A stretch of DNA of 64,000 bases from Candidatus Eiseniibacteriota bacterium (GTDB taxonomy: Bacteria; Eisenbacteria; RBG-16-71-46; CAIMUX01; VGJL01), in the NCBI GenBank assembly GCA_963792585.1, contig CAWBWI010000001.1, positions 832,001-896,000 on the forward strand, in the 5' to 3' direction. Positions 20,265 to 32,601 of the stretch are shown piece after piece. The notes beneath the pieces are model-generated. The model ran no database searches. It worked only from the letters and a program-made list of their open reading frames with translations, and was not told the origin of the DNA. A program made the position numbers and the translations under genes. Positions within the stretch are counted from its first letter, which is position 1. Each line of letters opens with the position of its first letter.

Positions 20265-22526
20265 CCCTTCTCCGGCGTCGTCACGCCTCCCGGTATCTCC
20301 ACGTGCTTGCAGTCCTTCAAGGAGCACTCGAGGTGGAACCCCTTCGCCTTGGTTTCCTTCTCGACCATGAGCGGGAAGCCGCAGGCCGGGCATTTCTGCG
20401 CGACCGGCCGGTTCCAGAGCGCATAGTCGCACTTCGGATACTGGTCGCAGGCATAGAAGATCCGGCCCCTCTTTCGGCCGCGCTTCTCGACGAGGTGCCC
20501 AGGACAGCCCTCGCGCGGGCAGGCGACGCCCGTCCGCAGCGAGGAGGTCGTCTTGCAGGTCGGGTAGTTCTGGCAGGCGACGAAGCGGCCGAAACGGCCG
20601 GTCCGCTGCACCATCGGCGATCCGCAATTCGGGCAGATGTCACCGGTCGGCACCGGCTGCTCTTCCTCCTTGAGGGGTTTCGTGAACTTGCACTCGGGAT
20701 ATCTCGGGCAAGCAAGAAACGGCCCGTTGCGACCGAACTTCTTCACGAGCTTCGAGCCGCAGAGGTCGCAGACCTGGTCGCTTTCGACCTGGATGCCCGT
20801 CTTCAGCTCCCCCTTGCGCCCCTCCGCATCGGTGAGGTCCTTTCGGAACGGATCGTAGAACGCGCGCACCACATCCACCCAGAGGTCCTCGCCCGTTTCG
20901 ATCTTGTCGAGTTCCGCCTCCATCCGCGCCGTGAAGTCGACATCGAAGATGTCCGGGAACACGCTCAGGAGCAGCCGCGTTACCGTTCTCCCGAGATCGG
21001 TCGGGTGCAGTCGACCCTTGTCTCGCTGGACGTAGTCGCGCGTGAGAATGGTGCTGACGATCGTCGCGTAGGTCGAAGGACGCCCGATCCCCCGCTCTTC
21101 GAGCGCCTTCACGAGGGTCGCCTCGGTGAAGCGAGGAGGCGGCTGCGTGAAGTGCTGTTCCTTCTCGGTGTGGCGGTAGTCGAGCGCCTCGCCCTTGGCG
21201 ACCTCAGGCAACCGGCCCCCCTCTTCGTCTGGGCCCAACTGGCTCGCGTCCTCGTCCGGGCGTTCCTCGTAGAGGCGCGTGAACCCGTCGAAGAGGAGTC
21301 GACTGCCGGTCGCCCGGAGTTGGAAACGGCCGGCCTCGACCTCGACCGTCGTGACCTCGCTGACGGCGGGCGCCATCTGCGAGGCGACGAATCGATTCCA
21401 GATCAGGGTGTAGAGCTTCGCCTGGTCGTTCGTCAGGAACCGACGTACCTCGTCGGGCCGCCGGGAAACGCCGGTCGGCCGGATCGCCTCGTGCGCGTCC
21501 TGGGCCCGCGCCCGCGACGGGTAGATCGGCGGGGCGTCCGGAACATATTGCGGACCGTAGGTCTTCGTGACCCACGCGCGCGCTTCGGCCTGCGCCTCAC
21601 CGCTCACGCGCGTCGAGTCGGTACGCATGTACGTGATCAGACCGACGACCCCTTCGTCGCCGACCTCGAGTCCTTCGTAGAGCTCCTGCGCGATCCCCAT
21701 CGTCTTCTTCGCCGGATAGTGGAGCCGGCGGTAGGCCTCCTGCTGGAGCGTCGAGGTGATGAACGGCGCGGACGGATTCCGCCGGCGCGGTTGGGTCTTG
21801 ACGTCCGTGACCCGAAAGGGCAGGCGCGACAGCTCGCCGACAACGGCGTCGACCTCCGCCTCGCTCGCCAGCACGGGCTTCTCCCCGTCGACGCGCACCA
21901 GGCGGACGCGTAGGGCCTCCGCGCGCGGCGTGCCGAGCAGGACGTCAAGCGTCCAGTACTCCTGCGTGGTGAACGCCTCGACCTCGTCCTCGCGATCGCA
22001 GATCATCCGCAGGGCCACAGACTGCACCCTTCCGGCCGACAGGCCGTAGCGGATCGTCGTCCAGAGGAAGGGAGAGACCAGGTAGCCGACGAGCCGATCG
22101 AGAACGCGGCGGGCCTGCTGCGCGTCGACCAAGTTGTGATCGATCTGCCGAGGGTGCTCCAGCGCCGTCTGGATGGCGTGCTTGGTGATCTCGTGGAACT
22201 CGAGCCGCTCGATGCTGACCTTGTCGCCTCCCAGGTAGTCGGCCAGGTGCCATGCGATCGCCTCCCCCTCGCGGTCGGGGTCCGGCGCGAGCAGCAGCTC
22301 GCTTGGCGCCCTTCGCGGCGTCCTTCAATTCCTTCAGGACCTTGGTCTTCGAACGCAGGGTGACGTACTGCGGGGCGAAGTCCCGCTCGAGGTCGACACC
22401 CAGCTTCGTCTTCGGGAGGTCACGGATGTGACCCATCGAGGCGACGACCTTGTAGTTCTTGCCCACGAACTTGGAAATCGTCCGGGCTTTCGCCGGCGAC
22501 TCCACGATGATGACCGATCGGGACAT
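20261..22526 (-). CDS. topA: DNA topoisomerase I with C-terminal zinc ribbons, one apparent frameshift near 22300
   Basis: IVESPAKA, GHIRDLP, DPDREGEAIAWH, SAGRVQS, LITYMRTDS, GIGRPSTY, repeated CxxC ribbons. Confidence 0.95.
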
Positions 22527-22533
22527 CGTTACC

Positions 22534-25500
22534 TCACTCGTCCTGTCCGCAACACTTCTTGTACTTCTTGCCGCTGCCGCACGGACAGGGATCGTTGCGG
22601 CCGACCTTCGGCTCCGTTCGCACGACCTGCCGCACCCTCCCGGCCCCCGGATCGGGAGCCCCTTCCGGCCCCGGCGCGCCGCTGTACGCAGAGACGCTCG
22701 CCTTCTGCTCGACCCGAGCCGAGGAAGCCGGCCGCCGCTGGGGAACGCCCCCGGCAAGGACCGGCGTCGCCGGTTCCAGCCGCCGCGCGGCCTCCGCAGA
22801 AGCGACCGTCTCCACGGGACGCGCGGGGACCACGCGGAAGAGCCGCTTGACCGTGTCCGCCTCCACGGCGGTCATGATCTCCTCGAACATCCGGAACGCC
22901 TCGCCCTTGTATTCGAGCAGCGGGATCCTTCTGGGCATAGGCGCGGAGGTAGATCCCCTCCTTGAGGATGTCGATCTCGTGGAGATGGTCGCGCCAACGT
23001 TCGTCGATCACGCCGAGCAAGACCCACCGCTCCACGTCCGGCATCCGATCCCCGAACATAGACACGCCGGTTCTCGTAGGCGTTTCGAACCGCGTCCAGG
23101 GAGGCGGCCTGTATGTCGTCGACCGTCGGATGGCCTTTCGTATCGGCGGCCGGGACCGGCTCGAGGACGAGCGATTCCAGATCGTGCTTGAGGCCTGTCG
23201 AGATCCCAGGCTTCCGCCCGACTCCCCTCGGCCACGTGGACCCCCACCCGCGAGGCCACCTGGTTCTCCACCATCTCCGCGATGCGGTCGCTGATGTCGG
23301 CCCCGTCGAGCACGTTGTTGCGCAGGCCGTAGATCACCTCGCGCTGCTTGTTCATCACGTCGTCGTACTCGAGCAGCCGCTTGCGGATGCCGAAGTTCTG
23401 GGCCTCGACCCGCTTCTGCGCCCGTTCGATCGACTTGGTGACCAGGGCGTGGGTGATGACCTCGCCCTCCTGAACGCCCATGCGCTCCATGATCCCCGAG
23501 ATCCGCTCGGAGCCGAAGAGCCGCATCAGATCGTCTTCGAGCGAGAGGAAGAACCGGCTCGAGCCGGGATCCCCCTGGCGGCCCGCGCGCCCGCGCAGCT
23601 GCCGGTCGATGCGCCGGGCCTCGTGACGCTCCGTGCCGATGATGTGGAGCCCGCACGGCACGGCGGCCGCGCACCCCTTCGGATCGTAATGCTCGCAGTC
23701 CCCTGTGCTGGCGTCGATGAGGGCGCACTTGCGGCCCTTCACGACTCCCTGACCGAGCTTGATGTCGGTTCCGCGGCCGGCCATGTTGGTCGCGATCGTG
23801 ACGGCGCCGGGCTGTCCCGCCTTCGCGACGATCTCGGCTTCCTGCTGGTGGTACTTCGCGTTCAGCACATGGTGCGGGATCCCCTTGCGCTTGAGCATGC
23901 GGGATAGGGTCTCGCTGACCTCGACCGACACGGTGCCCACCAGGACCGGGCGCCGCATGATGTGCATCTGCTCGATTTCGTCGATGATGGCGTTGTACTT
24001 CTCCCGGCGGGTCTTGTAGATCAGATCGTCGTAGTCCATTCGACGAACCGCTTCGTTCGTCGGGATCACGACGACGTCGAGCTTGTAGATCTCGAAGAAC
24101 TCCCCCGCCTCGGTTTCGGCGGTTCCGGTCATGCCGGCGAGCTTCTCGTAGAGGCGGAAGTAGTTCTGGAGCGTGATCGTCGCGAGGGTCTGGTTCTCCC
24201 CCTCGATCTTCACCCTCTCCTTCGCCTCGATCGCCTGGTGCAGGCCGTCGGAGTAGCGGCGGCCCGGCATGAGGCGCCCCGTGAACTCGTCGACGATCAG
24301 GACCTTTCCGTCCTGAACGACGTACTCGACGTCCTTCTCGAAGAGCGTGTAGGCGCGCAGGAGCTGGGTGCACGTTCGCGAGGGCCTCGTTCTTGCGCGC
24401 GTACTCCGTATACAGCTTCTCCTTCGCCTCCGCCCGCTGCGTCGGCGTCTGACTCTCGTCGCGATCGATCTGCGCCGATCCCTTCCGAGAGATCCGGCAG
24501 GACGAACATGTCCGGTTCCCCCGGAGGCGCGAGCACCTCGCGTCCTCTCTCGGACGGCGAGATCGTGTGTCCGCGCTCGTCGATGTAGAAGAGCAGGTCC
24601 TCGTCGAGTTCGTGCAGACGCTTGTCGCGCATGTAGTCGGTCTCGACCTGGTGGATCAGCTTCTTCAGATCCCCTTCGGCGGTGAGCTTCAGGAACCGCT
24701 TGTTCTTCGGGGAGCCGCGCTGGACTTGCAGCAGGCGGATGCCGGCGCGATAGCGGGAGTCGCCGTCATCCTTCGCCGAGCAGTTCCTGCGCCTCCTCGA
24801 GCAGGCGCGTTGACGACGACGTTCTGCTCCCGAACCAGGTTGTCGACGTACGGCTTCAGCCGGTCGAACTGCTGGTTCGACCCGACGACCGGTCCGGAGA
24901 TGATGAGCGGGGTTCGCGCCTCGTCGATCAGGACCGAGTCGACCTCGTCGACGATCGCGATAGTTGTGCGGGCGCTGGACGCGATCCTCCGCGCGGACGA
25001 CCATGTTGTCGCGCAGGTAGTCGAACCCGAACTCGTTGTTCGTGCCGTAGGTGATGTCGCACATGTAGGCGGCGCGGCGGTCGAGGTTGTCCATGTCGTG
25101 GACGATCACGCCCGATCGTAAGTCCCAGATCCCGGAGGATCTGGCCCACCCACTCGCAGTCGCGCCGCGCGAGGTAGTCGTTGACCGTGACGAGGTGGAC
25201 GCCCTTGCCCGAAAGCGCGTTCAGGTAGATCGGAAAGAGGGCGACGAGGGTCTTGCCCTCTCCGGTCGCCATCTCCGCGATCCTGCCCTGGTGGAGCACG
25301 ATCGCCGCCGATGAGCTGGACGTCGTACGGGACCATCTCCCAGCGCGTTTCCTGCCCGACCACCGGCCAGCTGCGTCCCGACGTGCCGGCGACAGGCCTC
25401 CTTCACGACGGCGAAGGCCTCGGGAAGGATCTCATCGAGCGTCGTCCCGGCCGCGACCCTCGCCTGGAATTCGTCGGTCTTGGCGCGTAGCTCATCCTCG

Positions 25501-25637
25501 CTCAGGGACGCGAGGCCGGCGTAGCACTCGTTGATCTGGCGCACGATCGGCCAGATCGACTTCAGGTCCCGCTCAGATTTCGTGCCGAATACGCGGGTCA
25601 TCGCCTTCGACCCGCTCTTTATCATGGACGACCACAT
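22534..25637 (-). CDS. secA: Preprotein translocase ATPase SecA (long FCB-type), multiple apparent frameshifts
   Basis: [110 protein letters not shown]. Confidence 0.95.
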
Positions 25638-25690
25638 CGTCGACTCGATTCCTCCCACCCGGCCGGCCCGGCCGGATTCCGAAGCTTACC

Positions 25691-26268
25691 CTATTGGAGC
25701 AGTGTCATCGCGAAGCCGGCGCTCAGTGAGATCCTCATGTTGTCATCCAGGGGGATCGGGAACGAGCTCGAAGAGCGTCGCCGCAAGGGCTCCTCCCAGC
25801 ATCATACGCCATGTGAACGGGTCACCCGGATAAGCCCAGGCCACCAAAAGACATGCAGACGAAACAGGCGAGGCTTCCCTCGAGGGACTTGCCGAAGATA
25901 CGGACCTTACCCAACGGCCCGTCCGACGATGGCCGCCGCCGCGTCGCCGAGGATGAGGAAGGCCATCGAGGCGATCGCGATCGGGCGGTCGAAGGCGTAG
26001 GAGCAGATGAGGGCCGCGAGCAGGATGTAGGTCGAACCGAGCAGGTTGAAGCGCTCGTGGTCCCGGACGAGTTTCCCGAAGAGGTAGAAGAAGAAGGTCC
26101 GTACGCGCGGCTCGTGGAGGCGGATGACGTCGACCGCGAGCGCCAGGATCGTCAGGATCAGCAGCACCAAGCGGCCGACCGGACTGCGGGCATCAGGTAG
26201 TAGCCTACGGGCACCACGAGCCCGAAGAAGTGGAACGCCTTTCGGCGGACCTCGCTCAGAAGCTTCAT
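25691..26268 (-). CDS. SEC59/DGK1/VTE5-family CTP-dependent polyprenol/diacylglycerol kinase, frameshifted
   Basis: RRKAFH, RDHE...GSTY, LILGDAAAAIVG, KSLEG, LDDN motifs recovered across frames. Confidence 0.75.
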
Positions 26269-26269
26269 G

Positions 26270-28537
26270 TCACCTCCCTCCGCCGGACTCCGCTCCCGCC
26301 GCGCGGTAGATCCAGCATGCGTCGAGGACGGCGCGCACATAGTCCCGCGTCTCGCGCCAGCCGATCCGCTCGATGAACAGATCCAGGTCCTGAAGCTCGC
26401 GACCCACTCGGTCGTCTTGGGGGAGCCGGCATTGTATGCGGCGAGCAGCGCGGGAAGATGCCAGTCGGAGCGTTCTCGCAAGTCCCGGAGGTGCCTCGTG
26501 CCGAGCGCGAGGTTTCGGTCCGCCCTCTCGAGGGGACCGACCGCGATTCCCCAGCGATCCGCCGTCTCTCCGGCAGTGGCGTCCATCAACTGGAGGAGAC
26601 CGCGGGCCCCCGCGCCCGAGACAGCGCCCGGGTCGAAGAGCGATTCGCGCCGCGCGATCGCCCAGACGAGTTCCGGCGCGATCCTGGCCTTGCGCGCTTC
26701 CTTGCAAACCAGGGGCGCGAATGGACGCGGATACCGCAGCCCGAGGGGCGATCCGCCTCCGGCGACCGCCAGCCGCACACCCAGATCGGGCAGACCCACG
26801 CAGAAGAAACGGTCTCGGCGATCCGCCAGGCCGATCTCCCCTTCCAGCAGACCTTTCTCTCGGGCGGCCCAATCGACGCGACCGAAACGGCGGAGCATCG
26901 CGATGCGTCCGGCGCGTACCCGCGATCCGATCCCCTCGGGGCAGGAGATGCGCCCCGCAGAGGCCCCGACCATGGTGTCCCCGGAGGAGAAGAGCCAGTC
27001 GCGTGTGGTTTCCCAGAAGCTCCCGCTCCGTCGGGCTCCCGCGCGCCAGGCGATCTCCGCCCGGGCCCGCCGCGCATAGTAGCCGTCCCCCTCCGCGGCC
27101 CGACCGAGGGCCAGACGCGCCTGCGCGCTGTCAGCCGCCCCGTCGGCGATGCGGAAGAGCCAGAAGGCCGCTGCCGCTCTCCACTCACCCGCGTTCAACT
27201 GCGCGAAATCGGCGCGGGCGCCGTCGGGCTTCCCGCAGCAAACCGCGCCAGGCCCCTGCGATACCGGGCCTCGTCCGCCGCCGCCGGGAAGCTCCAGCAA
27301 CTCCGTGTAGAGCGATTCGGCGAGAGCCTCTCGAGACGCCGTCTCGGCTTCCCGGGCCCACTCGGTCAAGGCCGTACGCCTCGTTGCGCCGCCCAGGGCG
27401 GCCGCCGCGCGGTAGCGCGCGTCCATGGCGCCCCACCGATTCGCGTTGCGGGCCGCCCGGGCCTGCACGAGCCGGTACCGCGCCGTCAGATCCGCCGACC
27501 AGCGGGACGATTCCGCGAGCGAGTCGGAGAGCACGTCGGAGGGCTTGCGGGCGGCGAGGAGTCCTTCCCAGAGAGACCGACGCGGAGGCTGTCGACCCCG
27601 GCCATCCGATCGAGAAGGCTGTCGGCCTGCCGGAACAGCCCGTTCCTCGCAAAGACGCCGAAGAGGATCCGTCCCTCGCGTTGCGGCCTCGAGATCGGGG
27701 TCCGCGCGGAAGCGCCGGAGCGACTCGATCCGCGCCGTGCGCGTTCCCGGGTAGAGCCGCAGCAACGTGTCCCCCGTCGTGCGGGCTTCCTCGGCGCGGC
27801 CGAGGACCGAGAGCGCTCGAAATCGCGCTGCCGTCTCATCCGCGCCCGGACCGAGGTCTTTGCGCATGCGCGCGGCCTCGCGCAACACCGCCTCCGGCCG
27901 CCCCGCCTTCTCGTGCGCGAGCAGCACGCGGCGCGCGGCGGGAAGGGTCCAGTCCGCGCCGGGATTGCGAACGGCAGACCGCCTCCGCCTTCACGGCGGC
28001 CCTGGCCGAGTCCCCCGCGAGATCGAGCGACTCGATCTCGAGCAGCGCGCGATAGGGGCGATCGAAGCGCCCCGTTCGCCCTTGGTCGAGCCAGGTGAGG
28101 GCGCGCGCAGGGTCCCCCGCCTCTCGAAGCGCAAGCGCGGCCGCCAAGGGCAGACACGCGGAACGTGTCCGCCCGCGCCCACGAGGCAGGATTCGTACGC
28201 GAGGCGATCGCCGTCACCTCGCTCGAATCGCCGTAGGCGAGCAGATCGACGAGCCATGCGACGAGTTCGCGGCGCGGGCCTCCTCGGCGGATCCGGGAGA
28301 TGCTCACCGGCCAGGAAACCGCGGAGCGCGGCGCGGATCGAATCGTCTCGCCGCGCGCCCCCGCTGGAATCGTCTCGGGAATCGCACCGGGTGGAATCGG
28401 CCCGACGGTCGGCCTCGGCCATCCCGCCGCCCGCGGCGCTCCCCCACAAAAGGAAGAATCGCGAGCAGGCATCCAACCGCGTCGCGAATCCTCGCCCCCC
28501 GACCCCGTGGCCCGGGAGCCTGGACGGCGCTTCTCAT
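26270..28537 (-). CDS. Soluble lytic murein transglycosylase (Slt-like, helical repeats plus C-terminal SLT domain), frameshifted
   Basis: [43 protein letters not shown] overlaps the guaA stop; N-terminal half broken by frameshifts. Confidence 0.8.
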
Positions 28538-30058
28538 TCCCACTCGATCGTCGCCGGGGGCTTGCTCGTCATGTCGTAGGCGACGCGGTTCGACGCCACG
28601 AACCTCGTTGACGATCCGGTTGGCCGCCCGCTCGAGGACCTCGGCGGGAAGGCGGGCCCAGTCCGCCGTCATCCCGTCGACCGATGTCACCGCGCGCAGG
28701 ACCATCGTCATCGCGTAGGTTCGCTCATCCCCCATGACGCCGACCGAACGCACGGGGAGCAGCACAGTGAACGCTTGCCACACCTGATCGTATTGTTCGC
28801 TCGCGCGCAGCTCATCGATGAAGATCCGATCGGACGCCCGCACGATTGCGAGGCGCTCCTCGGTGACCTCGCCGAGGATCCGCACGGCGAGTCCGGGGCC
28901 GGGGAATGGATGGCGCATCAGCATCTCATCGGGCGCGGCGAGCCTGCGGCCGACCTCGCGCACTTCGTCCTTGAACAGCTCCCGCAACGGCTCGACGAGT
29001 TGCAAGCGCATGCGCTCGGGAAGCCCGCCCACGTTGTGGTGGCTCTTGATTCGCGCGGCAGGGCCGCCGCCGCCCCGGGACTCGATCACGTCGGGATACA
29101 GGGTGCCCTGCACCAGGAAATCGACCTTGCCGACCCGCTGCGCGGCCTCCTCGAAGACCTCGATGAATAGACGCCCGATGCGCAGCCGCTTCTCTTCCGG
29201 GTCCACCACGCCTGCCAGCTCGGTGAGGAACCGCGCGCCCGGCGTCGATGCAGACCGGTTGGAGACCGATCCCCTCGAGGCGCTCGCGCACCCACGCCGC
29301 CTCCCCTTCGCGCAGCAAGCCGGTGTCGACGAAGATGGAGTGGAGCCGTTCCCCGAGGGCCCGGTGGCACAGAATGGCGGCCACGGTCGAATCGACGCCG
29401 CCGCTGACGCCGCAGACAGCGGAGCCCTCGCCCACCTTCGCGCGGATCGCCGTCACGCTTCGCTCGACGAAATCCCCCATGTCCCACCCCTTCTTCGTCC
29501 CGGCGATCTCGAAGAGGAAGTTGGACAGGATCCGGGTCCCCTGCGGGGTGTGGCTCACCTCGGGGTGAAACTGCACGAGGTAGATCTTCCGCGCAGGATC
29601 GGCGGCAGCGACGTGCGGGCAGCTCTCGGTACGCGCGAGCGGTCGCGAAACCCGGGAGGGGGCGCCTCGACCAGGTCGCCGTGGCTCATCCACACATCGA
29701 CGGGCTCTTCGAGGCCCGCGAGGAGCGGGCTTGCTTCGAGCCGGACCATCCGCTGACGCCCGTACTCGCCCGCGTCGCCCCGCACGACCCGTCCGCCCAT
29801 CATGTGGCTGACCACCTGCATCCCATAGCAGATGCCGAGCACGGGAAGCCCCGACTCCAGCAGCTCCGGCCGCGGCAGGTAGCGGCCATCCAGGGCCGAT
29901 GACGGGCCGCCGGAGAGGACGAGCGCCTCCACCCCCCGCCCGCGGAGGGTCTCCAGCTCGACGTCGAAGGGAAAGAGCTCGGCATAGACGCCGAGCTGGC
30001 GCACGCGCCGGGCGATCAGCAGGTTGTACTGACTGCCGAAGTCGAGGATCCCGATCAC
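28534..30058 (-). CDS. guaA: GMP synthase (glutamine-hydrolysing), frameshifted
   Basis: [70 protein letters not shown]. Confidence 0.94.
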
Positions 30059-30076
30059 CCGTGCAGACTCCTTCGG

Positions 30077-31656
30077 CTATCCGTGACGGAAGCAGCGAGC
30101 GTGATTGACGACCATGGCGATGCCCGCGGCGTCGGCCGCGGCAACGGAGTCGGCGTCTCGCTTGGAACCGCCGGGCTGGATGATCGCGGTCACTCCGACC
30201 TTCGCCGCGACCTCGACGCAGTCCGAGAACGGGAAGAAAGCGTCGGAGGCCATCACGCTGCCCGCCAGATCGTGCCCGGCCCGCTGCGCCTTGTGGATCG
30301 CGACCCAGAGCGCGTCGATCCGGCTCGTTTGTCCCCCGCCGATTCCCACCGTCTGCCGCTCGCGCGCAAGGACGATGCCGTTGGAGCGGACCGCCCGCAC
30401 GATCTTCCACGCAAAGAGCCAGCGCCCGCTCTTCGGCAGGAGTCGGCGCCCGTTCGGCTCACCACCTCCCACCCGATTCGCCGAGCGCGTCAGGCACCGG
30501 ATCCTGGACCAGGATCCCTTCGCCCAAGTCCTCGGTAGAGGTCGGCAGCGGCAAACGGGGTCTTTCCTTCGGAGCGAGCAGGGCTCGGCCCTTCCAGGAG
30601 GATCAGGTTCTTCTTCGCCGCAAGAACCTCCCGCGCCGGCGCATCGAATACCGGGGCCACGACCAGCTCGAGGAAGGTGGATGCGATCTCGAATGCGGTC
30701 TCGGGGCGGTCGACGGGCCGTTCAGACCGACGATGCCGCCGAATGCGCTGAGTGCGTCGCCGTCGCGTGCGCATCGGTACGCGTCGACGATCGTGCTTCC
30801 GGTCGGCCGCGCCGCATGGGGTCGCATGCTTGATGACGACGGCGGCCGGGTCGCCTCCGAGATCGCGGACGAGCATGGCGGCGCCCTCGAGGTCCTGCAG
30901 ATTGTTGAACGAGATCTCCTTGCCCTGGAGTCTCGTCAACCCGCCCGGGAAGCCGTACGCCGATGAATAGAATGCCCCCCGTTGCGAAGGATTCTCGCCG
31001 TAGCGCAGGCTCCAGAGGAGCGATTCGCCGCGGACGAAGCGCGTCGGGCAGTTCCGTCGCCGGCGCCGCCTGGAGGTAAGAGGCAATCATCGCGTCGTAG
31101 CGGGCGGTCCGACGAAAGACCTTCGCCGCCATCTCGCGCAGGAGATCCTCTTCCAGGCGACCCTGATTCGCCTCGAGTTGCTTCGGCCACCCGGACATAG
31201 TCCGCCGGATCGCAGATGACCGCGAACCCAGCGGTGGTTCTTCGCGGCGGCCCGCAGCATCGTGGGACCGCCGACATCGATCATCTCGATCGCGGCCTCC
31301 CGCGCGGATCGATCCTTCCGACACCTGTTCTTCGAATGGATACAGGTGCACCGCGACCAGGTCGATCGGCTCGATGCCGAAAGACTCCCGCTCCGCCTGA
31401 TCCTGCGGATCGTCCGCGACGGAAGAGAATCCCTCCGTGGACCTTGGGATGCAGCGTCTTCACCCTCCCGCCGAACAGGGAGGGGAGTTCGGCCCATTCC
31501 TCGAGAGGGACGACCGGGAAGCCGCGGTCGGCGAGCCAGCGTTGCGTTCCCCCGCTGCTCAGGATCTCCGCGCCGCAACCGATCAGGGCAGCGGCGAGCC
31601 GATCGAGCCCCTGCTTCTCGTAAGCGGAAAGCAGAGCACGACGGATCCGTGATCAA
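30077..31656 (-). CDS. purH: Bifunctional AICAR transformylase/IMP cyclohydrolase, frameshifted
   Basis: [67 protein letters not shown] across frames; probable TTG start. Confidence 0.92.
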
Positions 31657-32579
31657 GATGACTCCTGACTCTCCGCCCAACTCCGGAGGGCGGGATACCC
31701 ACTCCCAGACGATCGTGAACGAGTCGGTAGCGCCGGAACGTCTCGGCGATCTGCTCCTGCGGCAGGGGCGGCGCCGGCGGATTCCGGTCCCAGTCGAGGT
31801 TCTTCAGGTAGGCTCGGATGTACTCCTTGTCGAGGGACACCGGCGGCGCCGATCCGTAGCGTCTCGCCATCCCAGTAGCGCGAGGAATCCGGGGTGAGCG
31901 CCTCATCGATGAGCGCGAGCTTGCCGTCGATCCAGCCGAACTCGAACTTCGTGTCGACGAGGATCAATCCCCGCTTGCGCGGCGAAGGCCTCCGCAATGC
32001 GAAAGATCCGCAAGGAGAGGTCGCGAAGCTCCACAGCGAGGTCCCCGCCGACGCGATCGCCCAGCTCTTCGAAGGTGACCGGCACGGTCGTGTCCGACAT
32101 CCTCCTTCGTCGTGGGCGTGAAGATCGGCTCGGGAAGCCTGCCGTACTTCTCGATCCCGGGAGGCAGCGCGACGCCGACAACGCGTCCCGGTGTTCCGGT
32201 ACTCGTCGATTGCCGAACCTGCGAGGTGCCCGCGGACCACGCACTCGACCGGCACCCGTGTCCGCCTTGCGGACCAGCACCCAGCGGTCCCGAACCGCCG
32301 GGAGCAGCGACGCGAGGGGGCGGGGGAAAGTCGACCTCTTCGTCGGAGATGAAGTGCGTCGGCAGGAGCGGGGCAAAGCCCCGAAACCAATGACCGGAGA
32401 TCCGGTTCAGTAGCTTTCCCTTCCCCGGTATCGGGTTGGGCAGGACGCAATCGAACGCGGAGATCCGATCCGTGGTCACGATCAGAAGATGATCTCCCAG
32501 GTCACAGGATCTCCCGCACCTTCCCCTGGTATGTCGGGGACAGGCCATGTTCCGAAATCGAGAGGAATGGGCTTTCCAT
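31653..32579 (-). CDS. purC: SAICAR synthetase, frameshifted
   Basis: [59 protein letters not shown]; 3' end inferred from a TTGA overlap with purH. Confidence 0.92.
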
Positions 32580-32601
32580 TGCGAATTCTCCGAAAGGGCT
32601 C

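Noticed and set aside
19342..32579. Mass pseudogenisation or programmed frameshifting of core genes
   Set aside because: It hits essential genes in one contiguous block, with no consistent slippery motif and well-preserved protein motifs; sequencing error is more parsimonious
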